Shown: positions 19,712 through 29,408 of the stretch, one piece after another | Position numbering within the stretch: position 1 is the first letter of the stretch | How the letters are laid out: each line of letters opens with the position of its first letter | From: a virus | Lineage: Duplodnaviria > Caudoviricetes | IMG/VR virus record: IMGVR_UViG_3300031134_000001 | Span: 128,001 to 192,000 of that record | Strand: one strand, 5' to 3' | Length of the DNA stretch: 64,000 nt | Translations under genes and position numbers: made by a program | The notes under the pieces: model-generated | Databases searched by the model: none | What the model saw: only the letters and a program-made list of their open reading frames with translations | Told to the model about the DNA's origin: nothing

Positions 19712-22700
19712 ATGGCTGTTTACACTACCCCTATGGGTAATCAGGTTCGCTTAAAGCTCAAAGGCTCGATCGTCGAGAGCGGTAGTGAGCCGAACTGGAG
19801 CTATAGCGGCGCAGCTGCTGGTGTTCCAAACACACAGCGTACCGGTATTTTCCCAGGCATTATCCCTGCCAACCAAAATGGCTCGATCGCCATCAAGGTC
19901 ACAACGCCGGGTGAAATCTCCCTGGCACTGCACAAGAGCACCACGCAACCGGCTGACGGTACGGACTTCGACTTCCGTTCGACGATTCGTTCGTCGACGC
20001 AAACGTATCAGCCAGTCAAACCCGGTCAAGCTACCGACACCCCTGAACTGCCGAAGGTCGACGACATCATGCAGATGCGTCGCCAAGACACCACCATCGT
20101 CGCTGAACTCTCGCGTGATAATGGCGCCACGTGGATCACGTTGGTAACCTGGACCGGCGTGCCGTTCACCCAAGAACTGACCGGTATGCTGTTCCTGGGT
20201 GTGGGTACCGTCATCGGTGGCCTTTACAGCAAAGGTCTGCGTCTGGGCGCCGCCTTCGATACGTTCGAAGGTCTGGCTGCTGGTACGTCGCTCACCAACC
20301 GGCTGTGGAAGAGTGGTGACTTTAGCTGGCCAACCGATGCTCTGGTGCGTCTGAAAGCCAACGGCGCCGGTTACGTGACACGTGACCTGACGCTGAACGA
20401 CACTCGCACCGTGGCGCGCCTGACCATGCGTGAAGGCGACCTCGGTTTGGCAGTGGCATTCAAGCACACCAACACTGACGAAACCTTAACTCCGATCTTG
20501 CGTATCGGTTGCGATAGCTCAGGCGCTGCCGGTATGCAGGTCAAGCTCGTGGGTGGTCGAATGCTGGCCTTGGAGCAGGGTTATGGACTCGACGGCGGTA
20601 GCAATTCAGTACCTGCCGTCCTCATGCTCGACCAGGAATACCTGTTCGAAGCATCGCTCTCGGACGATGCCAGCGGCAAAGTGTACAACTTCCGCCTGAT
20701 GCGCGCTCCTGGCGGCGCCCGTACCAGTCTGGTAGCACAAGGTACGGTTACCGCAAAATACGTACACACCGGTGGTCGCATGGCGATCGAAGCTTCGACA
20801 CAGTCCAATGAAATGGACCCAATCCAGCGTGTGGAAGCACTCACGACGCCTGTGGCGATCATCGACCAAGGTGGTTCGGCTTTCCCAGTAGATGATGGCG
20901 TTGTCATTACCTCGCTCATCGGTAAAGGCGCCGACTGCCACTTCGCTGAAATCGCTGACTGGTGGAATTGGGTGCCTGAAAGTCTGGTGGCCCAAAGGCG
21001 TAGTCACGTCGGTCTGCTCGACAAGACTGCAGTGTTCGCTTATCCCACCCTGAACATGTCCGGCAAGACGACCAGCCCTGAGTTCAGCCTGTTGCTGCGC
21101 CCACGTCCAGGTCATGCTTGGTACGAGCACCCAGACTTCCTGACGGGTCCACTGCGCTACAACCCAGAGCGTGGTGTGGCAATCGAACTGAGCTACCAGT
21201 ACAACGATCTGCTTACAGTGGGTTGCGAAAACTTCGCGGTTGAGAGTTGCCAGATCAAGAGCAAAGACCAAGCATGGTCGGGTGGCTGCTTGGTGCGCGT
21301 TGCGGCGTATAACAGCCCACTGCGCATGAACTTTATCGACACCGGCGTTATCGCTGGCCGCTGGAGTGTTGGTGTCAAGACCATGGGTGATGGCCACTAC
21401 GGCAACATCGTTTGGATTCCAGGTTCGCCCGAATTCGCGGTGCACCACGACACCCAAGGCGGTTTCTGGGAAAACAACACGATCGTCGGCGCTTCGGATG
21501 GCGGAGCAGCTACCGATACCATCGCGCTTACCAGCTCACGCGGCACTCATCGTAACAACGCTTTCTTCGGCTTCGCAGAGAACTTCCGCTCTTACTACGG
21601 TACGGCAGTGGACTTCCTTAACTGCGCTACCGACAAAGCAGAAAACATGGCGTTTGCTGTGTCGACCGGTAAGAAAGAAAACAATCTGTATGGTCTGGCC
21701 GCAACTGACCAGTTCATGAACACCACCAAGCTCGGTTGCGACTTGCGCGTGAAGGAAGGTTCGGCATTCTACAACGCTGGCGCAACGCCAAGTTCGTGGA
21801 ACACCCGCTCCATCAACGGCGCTCGTGTCAAGCAAGGTGTGGTTGACATCGGTGCATGGGAAGCGCCGCGGCGTCTGCCAAGCAAAATCGTGATCAGCGG
21901 TAAAGCCACCAACACCACCGGTTACACCACCCCGATCCGCGTCACCCTCAACCAAGTGCTGGTCGGTGATGAAACACAAACCGTCAAGATGTCCGATGGC
22001 GCGCAAGGTGTGTTTACGCCAGCAACGTTCATCCTGTCGGCGGCTCAACCATTCCAAGACGTGGTGTACGCTTCGGCTGGTGATCTGGGCGCTCGCACGA
22101 TCACGGCCATGGACCACATGGGCACTTACGACATTGCTGACGGCACGTTCGCCATGCAAGTCATCGCGCCTTCGCCAGCGACCAAGCTCGTGGTGGAAAA
22201 CGTGGTAGCAGGTAAAGTGGGCGAAGCGGTAACGTTCACCCTCTCGACTGACAACCCACTGTTTAGCGATCACTCGATCGTCTACACGCTGTCCTCGGAC
22301 GGCCCTGGTGTGTTTGCGGAAAAGACCGGCACCCTGAACAAAGGTAACCTCAACGACGTCATCTCGTTCATGCCGCTCGATTCGGGTGACTACAACATCA
22401 CCATTTCGCCTAACGGCAATCTGGCGATGGCAACGATGGTGGTGAAAGTAACTGTAGCGGCGCTGCCTCCGACCTATGGTCCGGGCGAGAACCGTTACTA
22501 CGTGGGTCCGGGTCGTCAGTTCCTGACCATGGATGCATGTATTGCTTACATCAACAATCGCGATCTGGTGACGGACAAAGCCTCGATCTTCGTCCATGTG
22601 GCTGGCAACATTTCGGTCAAGGGCCAAATCTCGCTGACACAAGACTCGACATATTTCGTCACCATCTTGCCATCGGGTAGTAAAGGTTATCGCACCAAAG

Positions 22701-25651
22701 CTACCATGGGTAAATTCCATTACCCGGACGATGGTGCCGAGATGACGTTTGCGGGCGGTGACTTCAAAGTGCCACCAGGCACGGTCGTGAAAGAAATGCG
22801 TCTGAAGTTTAGTGACGGCTCGCGCCTGAACTTTACTGGCCTGCGCACGGGTTCGGTGATGAGTTACTTGCGAGACAATCGCATTTTCGTTGAGCGTCTG
22901 GGAACGGATTGGGTGATTGGTTGCGGCGAGTTCGCCTCCAGTTTGGAAATCTTCAACAACGTGTTTGTTGCTACCCGCCCTGGTGTAGTGGCTGGTCTGG
23001 GTGACGGCTACGGCGCGATCTACGGTAACACCTTTGTTGGTCTGGGTGCTGCTGTGGGTGACGTTACGTTGGCGTTTGGTTACTACGGTAATCCAGGCGG
23101 TCAACAAGTTATCCAGAACAACGTGTTCTTGGATTGCGGTGGCTGGCCAATGAACTTTGCCAACACGGCGCCAAACCGCTACAATCCGGACTTCTTCACC
23201 AACAACTACACCAACACACCGCTGTCGGGCGCAAAAGACTTGGTGCTGCCAATCGGTATGTTGGCACACACCACGAGTGCTCTGGTCGTGGACAAAGCGC
23301 TGGATCTGCGTCCTGCTGAAAACAGCATGCTGCTGGGTAAGGCAACGGCGATCGCGATTTCGAAGAACGATGGTGCGGGTAACAACCGCGGCTTCCAACC
23401 AGACATCGGCGCATTCCAGCGCACACCAGCTACTACACTGCCGATCGTGACAGCAACCAAGCAAGACCTCCAAGGTCAGATGTTGAAGTTGGGTGTGTCG
23501 TTGGTCAACACGGTCGACACGCTGAATGTCATCGTCGAAGCTGATGGTAGCGGCGGCGCAAGCCGTGGTCCGCTGCCAGTGACGTTTACCGCCACAGACG
23601 CTGCAATCGACATCAGCAGCTTGACGCCAGGTAAGTACAAGGCGCCAGTCTTCACAGCAGCTAACGCGGGTGGTTCGGGCAAGTCGACGGGCTTCCTGCC
23701 ATTTACCATCGACCCAATCGTGGTCAATGCAACACTGGCTGACTTTATCGGCGTGACCGATACGGTGCTCGCGCAAGGTCGTCCTAAGTTGCCGTTCCGT
23801 GGTACGACGAACGGTTCGGTGGTTGATCTGTTGCCACCGACTGTGAAGCTCTCCGCAAACCAGACCAACTTCATCGAACAAGGTTTCGTCGAACTGACGG
23901 CTGAAGTGGGCGATGACGTGGGTGTAACCAAGGTTGAGTTCTACAAGAACGATATCCTGGCCATGGTGCGTGAGGCTGCGCCTTGGACTTACTCGCTGTT
24001 GATGTCAGCTACCTCGACCAAAACATCGGTCTGGAAAGCCAAGGCGTTTGACCTGTCCGGCAAGTCCACTACCAGCGATGCGGTCAATGTGTATTCCAAC
24101 ATCCCATCGCCTGATCTGGTTGCGCCAACGGTGGTGAGCATTGTCGCCAACGACAAGCACAACCTGACGATCGAATTCTCGCGCGCTATGAACACGGCGC
24201 CTGACTACGACTTCGCAGGTTCCGGCAGTTACGCGCTGGGTGACCACATGGTGATGTCTTCGCGCTGGCTCGATGGTAGCAATACCAAACTGAGCATGGG
24301 TCTGGACGGTCACTGGACGATGGCTGCTGGTGAAGTGTTGTCGTTCTCGTACATCCAAAACAAGATCCGCGGCTGGCGTAGCGCTGATGGCGTGTTGGTC
24401 GGTTCGTTGCACGACATCCCGGTTACCAACAACATCCCAGTGGAACTGAAGGAGCCGCTGCACCATGCTGTTAGCAACATCGGCGCTAACCTGCCGATCG
24501 CGTCGACGCCATGGACTCGCGGTAGCGCGAGCTGGGAACCAAACACCAAGCTGGTCGGTAAAACCGGTGGTGGTGTGGTGCCAGGTGCAGGTAACCCAGT
24601 GATCGCTGGTATCGCCCGTAGCGGTGAGTTCTTCAACGATGGTTACTTCTACCAACGTGGTCTGGCGGTCTTCTTCAAGATGAACGCGGCAACTGATTCG
24701 GCGTACGGTCTCATCCTGCGTTCGGACAACAGTGAGACAGCGTTTGGTAAAGGTCTGCGCGTTTGGGTAACCAACGACGGCGTGGTGCATTTCAACCACG
24801 TACCTGAAAGCAGCATCACCCCAACGGTGTTGCCGGATATCCCAACGTCGGCGCTGGTAGCTGGTCAAGAGTACTGCCTGGAAATTCAGCAGTTTCTCAT
24901 CAGTGGCTTCTCGGTGTACGAGTACCGTCTGTCTGCAAGCGCTAACCGCGTACGTGGTGCGACGCTGGCGAGTGTGCGGTTCCATACCACGGAATCGAGC
25001 AACTCGCCGTACATGAAAGTCTACGCGGTCAATCCATCGGCCACGCCAGCGACCATCACGCACTTCGAAGGTCCAACTGGCTTCTTCGGCGCACCAGAAG
25101 TCTGGCCAGCCATGACTCTGCCAAACAAGGCACGTTTGTCGAAACTGTCAAACATTGTCGAGAGCGGCTCGGCGCCGGATTACGTCTACACCGGTAAAGG
25201 TGCGATGCTGGCCGACACCCCAGGTGGCGTGTTCGATCTGATGTTCAGTAATCGCGCATGGGCCTCCAACGGTATCCAAGCGACGCTGGGTGATCAGATC
25301 AACGACATCCATCTGGCAGTTTGCATGAGCAAGACGGCAAACGTCGTTGGTGAGTTGTTACCAGTGAAGAACACGCTGATGGCCATTCGTGCATCGGCGG
25401 TGGGTAAGAAGTACGAAGTGTTGGTCAACAACAAACTGCGTGCTGCCCAGAAACAGGTAACCATCGCTGCTGGTGACATGATCCGTATCCGCTGCGTAGC
25501 AACGGCGATCTTCGCTGAAGTCATGAAGAACGGCGTGTGGATCAAGCTCGGCTACATCCGTAGCGCTACCAATCCTGACGGCAGTAACTCGATGATGTAC
25601 AGTCAGTTGCTGCTGCCAGGTAACTCGACGGTCTCGGGTTTGAAATACTAA
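19712..25651 (+). CDS. giant multidomain adhesin/tailspike-like protein (1979 aa)
   Basis: Two beta-helix-like units ending DIGAWE and DIGAFQ, an Ig-like domain (DDVGVTKVEF), lectin-like domains and a repeated terminal domain. Confidence 0.75.
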   Translation: MAVYTTPMGNQVRLKLKGSIVESGSEPNWSYSGAAAGVPNTQRTGIFPGIIPANQNGSIAIKVTTPGEISLALHKSTTQPADGTDFDFRSTIRSSTQTYQPVKPGQATDTPELPKVDDIMQMRRQDTTIVAELSRDNGATWITLVTWTGVPFTQELTGMLFLGVGTVIGGLYSKGLRLGAAFDTFEGLAAGTSLTNRLWKSGDFSWPTDALVRLKANGAGYVTRDLTLNDTRTVARLTMREGDLGLAVAFKHTNTDETLTPILRIGCDSSGAAGMQVKLVGGRMLALEQGYGLDGGSNSVPAVLMLDQEYLFEASLSDDASGKVYNFRLMRAPGGARTSLVAQGTVTAKYVHTGGRMAIEASTQSNEMDPIQRVEALTTPVAIIDQGGSAFPVDDGVVITSLIGKGADCHFAEIADWWNWVPESLVAQRRSHVGLLDKTAVFAYPTLNMSGKTTSPEFSLLLRPRPGHAWYEHPDFLTGPLRYNPERGVAIELSYQYNDLLTVGCENFAVESCQIKSKDQAWSGGCLVRVAAYNSPLRMNFIDTGVIAGRWSVGVKTMGDGHYGNIVWIPGSPEFAVHHDTQGGFWENNTIVGASDGGAATDTIALTSSRGTHRNNAFFGFAENFRSYYGTAVDFLNCATDKAENMAFAVSTGKKENNLYGLAATDQFMNTTKLGCDLRVKEGSAFYNAGATPSSWNTRSINGARVKQGVVDIGAWEAPRRLPSKIVISGKATNTTGYTTPIRVTLNQVLVGDETQTVKMSDGAQGVFTPATFILSAAQPFQDVVYASAGDLGARTITAMDHMGTYDIADGTFAMQVIAPSPATKLVVENVVAGKVGEAVTFTLSTDNPLFSDHSIVYTLSSDGPGVFAEKTGTLNKGNLNDVISFMPLDSGDYNITISPNGNLAMATMVVKVTVAALPPTYGPGENRYYVGPGRQFLTMDACIAYINNRDLVTDKASIFVHVAGNISVKGQISLTQDSTYFVTILPSGSKGYRTKATMGKFHYPDDGAEMTFAGGDFKVPPGTVVKEMRLKFSDGSRLNFTGLRTGSVMSYLRDNRIFVERLGTDWVIGCGEFASSLEIFNNVFVATRPGVVAGLGDGYGAIYGNTFVGLGAAVGDVTLAFGYYGNPGGQQVIQNNVFLDCGGWPMNFANTAPNRYNPDFFTNNYTNTPLSGAKDLVLPIGMLAHTTSALVVDKALDLRPAENSMLLGKATAIAISKNDGAGNNRGFQPDIGAFQRTPATTLPIVTATKQDLQGQMLKLGVSLVNTVDTLNVIVEADGSGGASRGPLPVTFTATDAAIDISSLTPGKYKAPVFTAANAGGSGKSTGFLPFTIDPIVVNATLADFIGVTDTVLAQGRPKLPFRGTTNGSVVDLLPPTVKLSANQTNFIEQGFVELTAEVGDDVGVTKVEFYKNDILAMVREAAPWTYSLLMSATSTKTSVWKAKAFDLSGKSTTSDAVNVYSNIPSPDLVAPTVVSIVANDKHNLTIEFSRAMNTAPDYDFAGSGSYALGDHMVMSSRWLDGSNTKLSMGLDGHWTMAAGEVLSFSYIQNKIRGWRSADGVLVGSLHDIPVTNNIPVELKEPLHHAVSNIGANLPIASTPWTRGSASWEPNTKLVGKTGGGVVPGAGNPVIAGIARSGEFFNDGYFYQRGLAVFFKMNAATDSAYGLILRSDNSETAFGKGLRVWVTNDGVVHFNHVPESSITPTVLPDIPTSALVAGQEYCLEIQQFLISGFSVYEYRLSASANRVRGATLASVRFHTTESSNSPYMKVYAVNPSATPATITHFEGPTGFFGAPEVWPAMTLPNKARLSKLSNIVESGSAPDYVYTGKGAMLADTPGGVFDLMFSNRAWASNGIQATLGDQINDIHLAVCMSKTANVVGELLPVKNTLMAIRASAVGKKYEVLVNNKLRAAQKQVTIAAGDMIRIRCVATAIFAEVMKNGVWIKLGYIRSATNPDGSNSMMYSQLLLPGNSTVSGLKY

Positions 25652-25688
25652 TCGAGTAATCGGTTGTTAATCTTAGATTAACCATAGA

Positions 25689-25720
25689 CTCCCTCCCGGC
25701 CTTGCGGCTGGGAGGGGGCT
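25689..25720 (+). terminator. intergenic hairpin ending the tail operon
   Basis: ctccctcccggcc-ttgc-ggctgggagggg followed by cttatgccg. Confidence 0.65.
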
Positions 25721-25745
25721 TATGCCGTCATGTGGTACTAGAATA

Positions 25746-25762
25746 TTTCACGTCCATATTAC
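25746..25762 (+). promoter_or_regulatory. phiKZ-type early promoter candidate
   Basis: TTTCA-N6-TATTAC, with the same spacing as the site at 42960. TATTAC is the known phiKZ early promoter core. Confidence 0.6.
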
Positions 25763-25823
25763 ACAGGTAGATAGAACAACCAATGTTCTACGACATGTCT
25801 AAACTCTTCCTGAAAGGAACATC

Positions 25824-26927
25824 ATGCTCGACCGTACCGTTAGTAACCGCATTGCGATGCTGCGCCCACTTTTGATCATCGCCATGGTGTTCTCTCACAT
25901 GCAGAGTACATCGATCAACATGTCGGACATCGATCCTGGCTTTTTCAATCACGTCGGCGCATTCTTCATCCACGGCATTGCGCGTGGTACGGTGCCTACC
26001 ATGTCAATGATTGCTGGCTTCCTACTCTTTAGCATGAGCCTTGATTTACAGTTTACCAAGATGGTCAAGAAAAAGATGACTACACTGGTCATTCCTTTCA
26101 TCGCTTTCAATCTCGCCTACGTCGCCTATGTGGTCGTATGCGACATTGTGTTCAAAGAAAACCGTCTAGGCGACTTGGCTACTTTGGCAGCAAGCATCGG
26201 TTGGTTTGATGTCTTGTTTGGTTTTGGTCAATACCCAGTTAACGCACCGTTGTACTTTGTGCGTGACCTGATTGTCTTTAGCCTGATGGCCCCGCTTTTG
26301 GGCGGCATCATGCGTACTCTCCCAGTCTTGGGTCTGGCTGGCTTGATCGTGATCTTCGGTTTCAATCACGACGGCAATCTGGTGTTTCGTAGTTCCAGCC
26401 TCATCCTGTTCTATATCGGCGGGATGGCAGCAGTCTACAAATGGGACCTCCTGGCAATGGACAAGTATGCTAAACCATGCGCTGTGATTTTCCTGCTCTT
26501 GTGCCTGGCGTTGATGGCGTTTAAGATGGCCGACAACACGATCCTCGTGATGGCTGCGCCCTTCTTGATCTGGCCAGCAGCATCGCTCTTGAGCAAAACC
26601 CGTATCGAAGCCTGGGGTCTGAAACATGCTAAGTACAGCTTCTTCATCTTTGCGGCGCACATGCCGTTGATGGAACTGACCTGGCTGGCTGTGACGGGTC
26701 CACTCAAGTTTGTGCCATACATCGTTTACTGGGCTATCACCCCGTTTGCAGTGTCGGCATTCTTGATGGTCGTCTACAACGTGAGCATGCGTGTTGCGCC
26801 TACGGCGTTTAACATCATGGTCGGCGCACGTCCTGCGAAACCGAAGTATGCAGATCGTCGCAAAACCGCGCGTCCTGTCAACGCTCCTGTCTACTCGGCA
26901 GAAGAGCGCATGACACTCGCGCATTAA
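25824..26927 (+). CDS. membrane acyltransferase family 3 (ExoH/OafA-like)
   Basis: About 10 hydrophobic segments. Motifs RIAMLR..LI..MVFSH, VP..S.IAGFLLF and PLYFVRDL. Confidence 0.8.
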   Translation: MLDRTVSNRIAMLRPLLIIAMVFSHMQSTSINMSDIDPGFFNHVGAFFIHGIARGTVPTMSMIAGFLLFSMSLDLQFTKMVKKKMTTLVIPFIAFNLAYVAYVVVCDIVFKENRLGDLATLAASIGWFDVLFGFGQYPVNAPLYFVRDLIVFSLMAPLLGGIMRTLPVLGLAGLIVIFGFNHDGNLVFRSSSLILFYIGGMAAVYKWDLLAMDKYAKPCAVIFLLLCLALMAFKMADNTILVMAAPFLIWPAASLLSKTRIEAWGLKHAKYSFFIFAAHMPLMELTWLAVTGPLKFVPYIVYWAITPFAVSAFLMVVYNVSMRVAPTAFNIMVGARPAKPKYADRRKTARPVNAPVYSAEERMTLAH

Positions 26928-26966
26928 TTAATCCATCCTTATAACCAACAACATAAAGGAACTATC

Positions 26967-27569
26967 ATGAGCAGTATTACTTACAGTGTCAACAACGAAC
27001 TTTACGCCGCCCAACACTTGATTCTCGGATGGACGATCTGGGCTGACGGCGGGCGTCCATGTCCGGTGAGTCATTTGTATTCCCACTACGAACTTTACGG
27101 CATCAAGCAAATGCGTGATTTGTTTTCTGGACCGACTTATCCACAAGGCCTGCGTGATGCGTTCGATGCAGTAATCGCATTGGCCGAAGCCAAGGAGCGG
27201 CGAGCGGCGAGCGAACTGGCAGATCGCTACGAGGCGGCTGAAGCCTGTGCTGAAGCCATGGTCGACAAGCAGATTCGAGAACTGCGTGACCAACTCAAAA
27301 CTTGTCAAGAGCTTAACCAGCAGGCTCTGACGCAAATTGCGATCATGTGGGTTAGCGCTCGAATGGCAGAAACTACGTCCGTACCTGAGATTCAGCGCCT
27401 GATCCGTCTGAAGTCATTTATCATGGACCGGGTGTTTCAGTTTAGCTGGCGTGATTATGGATTGCATGGCAAGTTTCTTGCAAGCACAGATTGCCGTGTT
27501 TGTGTGAAAAAGCCAGCCACAGAAGAACTCGCGGAATTGATTCTTGGGATCATCCCGTTTGAGCGGTAA
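26967..27569 (+). CDS. hypothetical protein (200 aa)
   Basis: SD aaagga with an AAC-rich leader; coiled-coil centre. Confidence 0.7.
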   Translation: MSSITYSVNNELYAAQHLILGWTIWADGGRPCPVSHLYSHYELYGIKQMRDLFSGPTYPQGLRDAFDAVIALAEAKERRAASELADRYEAAEACAEAMVDKQIRELRDQLKTCQELNQQALTQIAIMWVSARMAETTSVPEIQRLIRLKSFIMDRVFQFSWRDYGLHGKFLASTDCRVCVKKPATEELAELILGIIPFER

Positions 27570-27572
27570 TAC

Positions 27573-27600
27573 AAGAGAGACCTTCGGGTCTCTTTTTTTT
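27573..27600 (+). terminator. Rho-independent terminator
   Basis: aagagagacc-ttcg-ggtctctttt followed by a T run. Confidence 0.9.
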
Positions 27601-27631
27601 TGTTTGTTTCTGTGAGAGTAAGTAAGGAGTG

Positions 27632-27656
27632 AGCTATTAGCTTAAAGCTAATAGCT
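27632..27656. repeat. perfect 12-bp inverted repeat with 1-nt spacer
   Basis: AGCTATTAGCTT-A-AAGCTAATAGCT. Confidence 0.8.
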
Positions 27657-27767
27657 AGGTATAGAGGTGAAAGTTGCCTAGGGGATGGAGGGTTGTGGAG
27701 GGGGTAGCAAGCGATTAACCACCTGCCTTGTGGGCAAGTAGGAGTTAATTTGGCTCAACTGTTAATG

Positions 27768-27797
27768 GTTCTAAATAGAAATAAACCTATATCACTT
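27768..27797 (+). promoter_or_regulatory. phage promoter candidate GTTCTAAA-N12-TATATCACTT
   Basis: The same bipartite motif and spacing occur at 52942. Confidence 0.55.
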
Positions 27798-27831
27798 CTG
27801 TGTATTCTTTAATGGAATGAAAGGAATCTAA

Positions 27832-28221
27832 ATGATGACAAAAACTAACGGTGGAGTATGGGTTCCTCCCAGCTCGTTGTTCAAACTACCTCCTGAATTA
27901 CGAGCTCGCGCAGAAGCCCTTCTTGCTAAGCCAATGGATGCGACGGCTTACGCAGAGTCAGAAGCTTTGGGTATCGATCTTCAGAATTTCTTTCATCCTC
28001 ATGTTCCATATCTCGGTCAGATGGAAAGCGATGATGGGTTGTTGATGGATCGCATCGTCGCTGCGCGTGACAAGTATGTGGCCGATGCAGATAATCAAAA
28101 GCTGTATTTCGAGAAGCTTCAAGCGGGTATGGCCATGGCTCTCGAAGCTGCCCATTTCTTGGGAGGTCATTTACAGATTTCCTATCAACCCAAGAAAAAC
28201 GTGGAACCCAAGGAGCCGTGA
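27832..28221 (+). CDS. hypothetical protein (129 aa)
   Basis: SD aaagga. Confidence 0.7.
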   Translation: MMTKTNGGVWVPPSSLFKLPPELRARAEALLAKPMDATAYAESEALGIDLQNFFHPHVPYLGQMESDDGLLMDRIVAARDKYVADADNQKLYFEKLQAGMAMALEAAHFLGGHLQISYQPKKNVEPKEP

Positions 28222-28222
28222 C

Positions 28223-28402
28223 GTGGCCACCATTGAAACTCAGAAGTATGCGGATCTTGATCGATTGAGGTCCCAACTCAATGGTACAGTAGCGGCCATT
28301 GATCACCGTGAAGTTGATCTGGAACTGCTGAACTCGGCAATCAAATTGTCAGAGAAACTTACCAGCCTGTTGCAAGGTATCAAAACCGAGATCACTCAAT
28401 GA
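28223..28402 (+). CDS. small coiled-coil hypothetical protein (59 aa)
   Basis: GTG start 7 nt after aggag; fills the operon gap. Confidence 0.55.
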   Translation: MATIETQKYADLDRLRSQLNGTVAAIDHREVDLELLNSAIKLSEKLTSLLQGIKTEITQ

Positions 28403-28414
28403 AGGAGCCGTAAC

Positions 28415-28957
28415 ATGGTCATGCTAAGAAAGCACATTGATCGCAATCTCCAGATGTTTAAAGACTATCTGGAAACGGGCGATCTCGCAGCAGTGGGACT
28501 AAAGCATGGCTTGCAGGAGCGTTCTGCCTACAGCACCGTCGGCACTGTGCGCATGCATATCCTGCGGATGCTCGATCGTTACCAGATGCCTTTGCCCAAG
28601 AACCGCAAGCGTGTCGACGTCAAGAATGAAAAGGCTTATTGGCTTGATATGCTGCAAACGTATCACGTCTACTTGACTGAGTACTACGAAGTCAATATGA
28701 GTAGTCTGGTGGGCAAGATCGGGATCAACGGGATGGCGGTTGAAAAGCTCAATCGTTTGGAGATCTACACGGTCAGCGATTTACTTGGTGCGATGCAAAC
28801 GGATAAGCCAGTCTTGGCTAAGACATTCAAGTATATCTATCCAAGCATCAAAGACATCGAAAAGCGTCTGCAGAAACTGGGTCTTGATCCGTATGGTGGT
28901 CGTGAACAAACCATCAAACAACCGGAACAAATACTCACAGCTACAGTTCCGCTTTAA
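28415..28957 (+). CDS. HTH + RNAP alpha-CTD-like domain protein (180 aa)
   Basis: SD aaggag. C-terminal LNRLEIYTVSDLL...SIKDIEKRLQKLGL matches the alpha-CTD pattern. Confidence 0.6.
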   Translation: MVMLRKHIDRNLQMFKDYLETGDLAAVGLKHGLQERSAYSTVGTVRMHILRMLDRYQMPLPKNRKRVDVKNEKAYWLDMLQTYHVYLTEYYEVNMSSLVGKIGINGMAVEKLNRLEIYTVSDLLGAMQTDKPVLAKTFKYIYPSIKDIEKRLQKLGLDPYGGREQTIKQPEQILTATVPL

Positions 28958-29018
28958 AAATACCGTAAACACATTCTTTATGGCGTAGTACCCCGATAAC
29001 CAATAACTAAATAACGTT

Positions 29019-29381
29019 ATGAAGAACCTTACACCTAGCGTCATTGTTCTGATACGTCAAGATGGGTCGAGAGCTTATTTGCCCGCCAGTGCTACTTGCC
29101 CCACAATTGAGGAAGTACCGGCCGAAGCACTTGGTCGTTTGGGTGAGTTGGAGATCATCCGCCAGTCGTATAAGCGTGTACATTTTCATGGGTTGACTGA
29201 CGACCGTGAAAAGTTGCCGTTCATTGTCAGTCGAGAAGTCTTCGATGCATTACCTGATGACGCTACCGACTTCGTTATGTGCGATGTCGAGACCGCTATC
29301 GTGAATGGTTTGGGCTTGCCTCATGTCATTCGTCGTTTCATTGCAAAACCCGCAGCACAAATCCCCTTTAAAGCAGTCTAA
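29019..29381 (+). CDS. hypothetical protein (120 aa)
   Basis: ORF in operon context. Confidence 0.6.
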   Translation: MKNLTPSVIVLIRQDGSRAYLPASATCPTIEEVPAEALGRLGELEIIRQSYKRVHFHGLTDDREKLPFIVSREVFDALPDDATDFVMCDVETAIVNGLGLPHVIRRFIAKPAAQIPFKAV

Positions 29382-29408
29382 CAATTAACAACATTCAAGG
29401 ATACTATC

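Noticed and set aside
13786-25063. Long minus-strand ORFs (e.g. 13786-15603, 17182-19599, 21536-23881, 24005-25063; likewise 32693-33871, 49599-51041)
   Set aside because: Antisense shadows of + strand genes with biased codon usage. No SDs or motifs, and unnatural V/H/R-rich composition.
27680-27705. Canonical G-quadruplex
   Set aside because: Only three tracts of three or more G; at best a weak two-tier structure.
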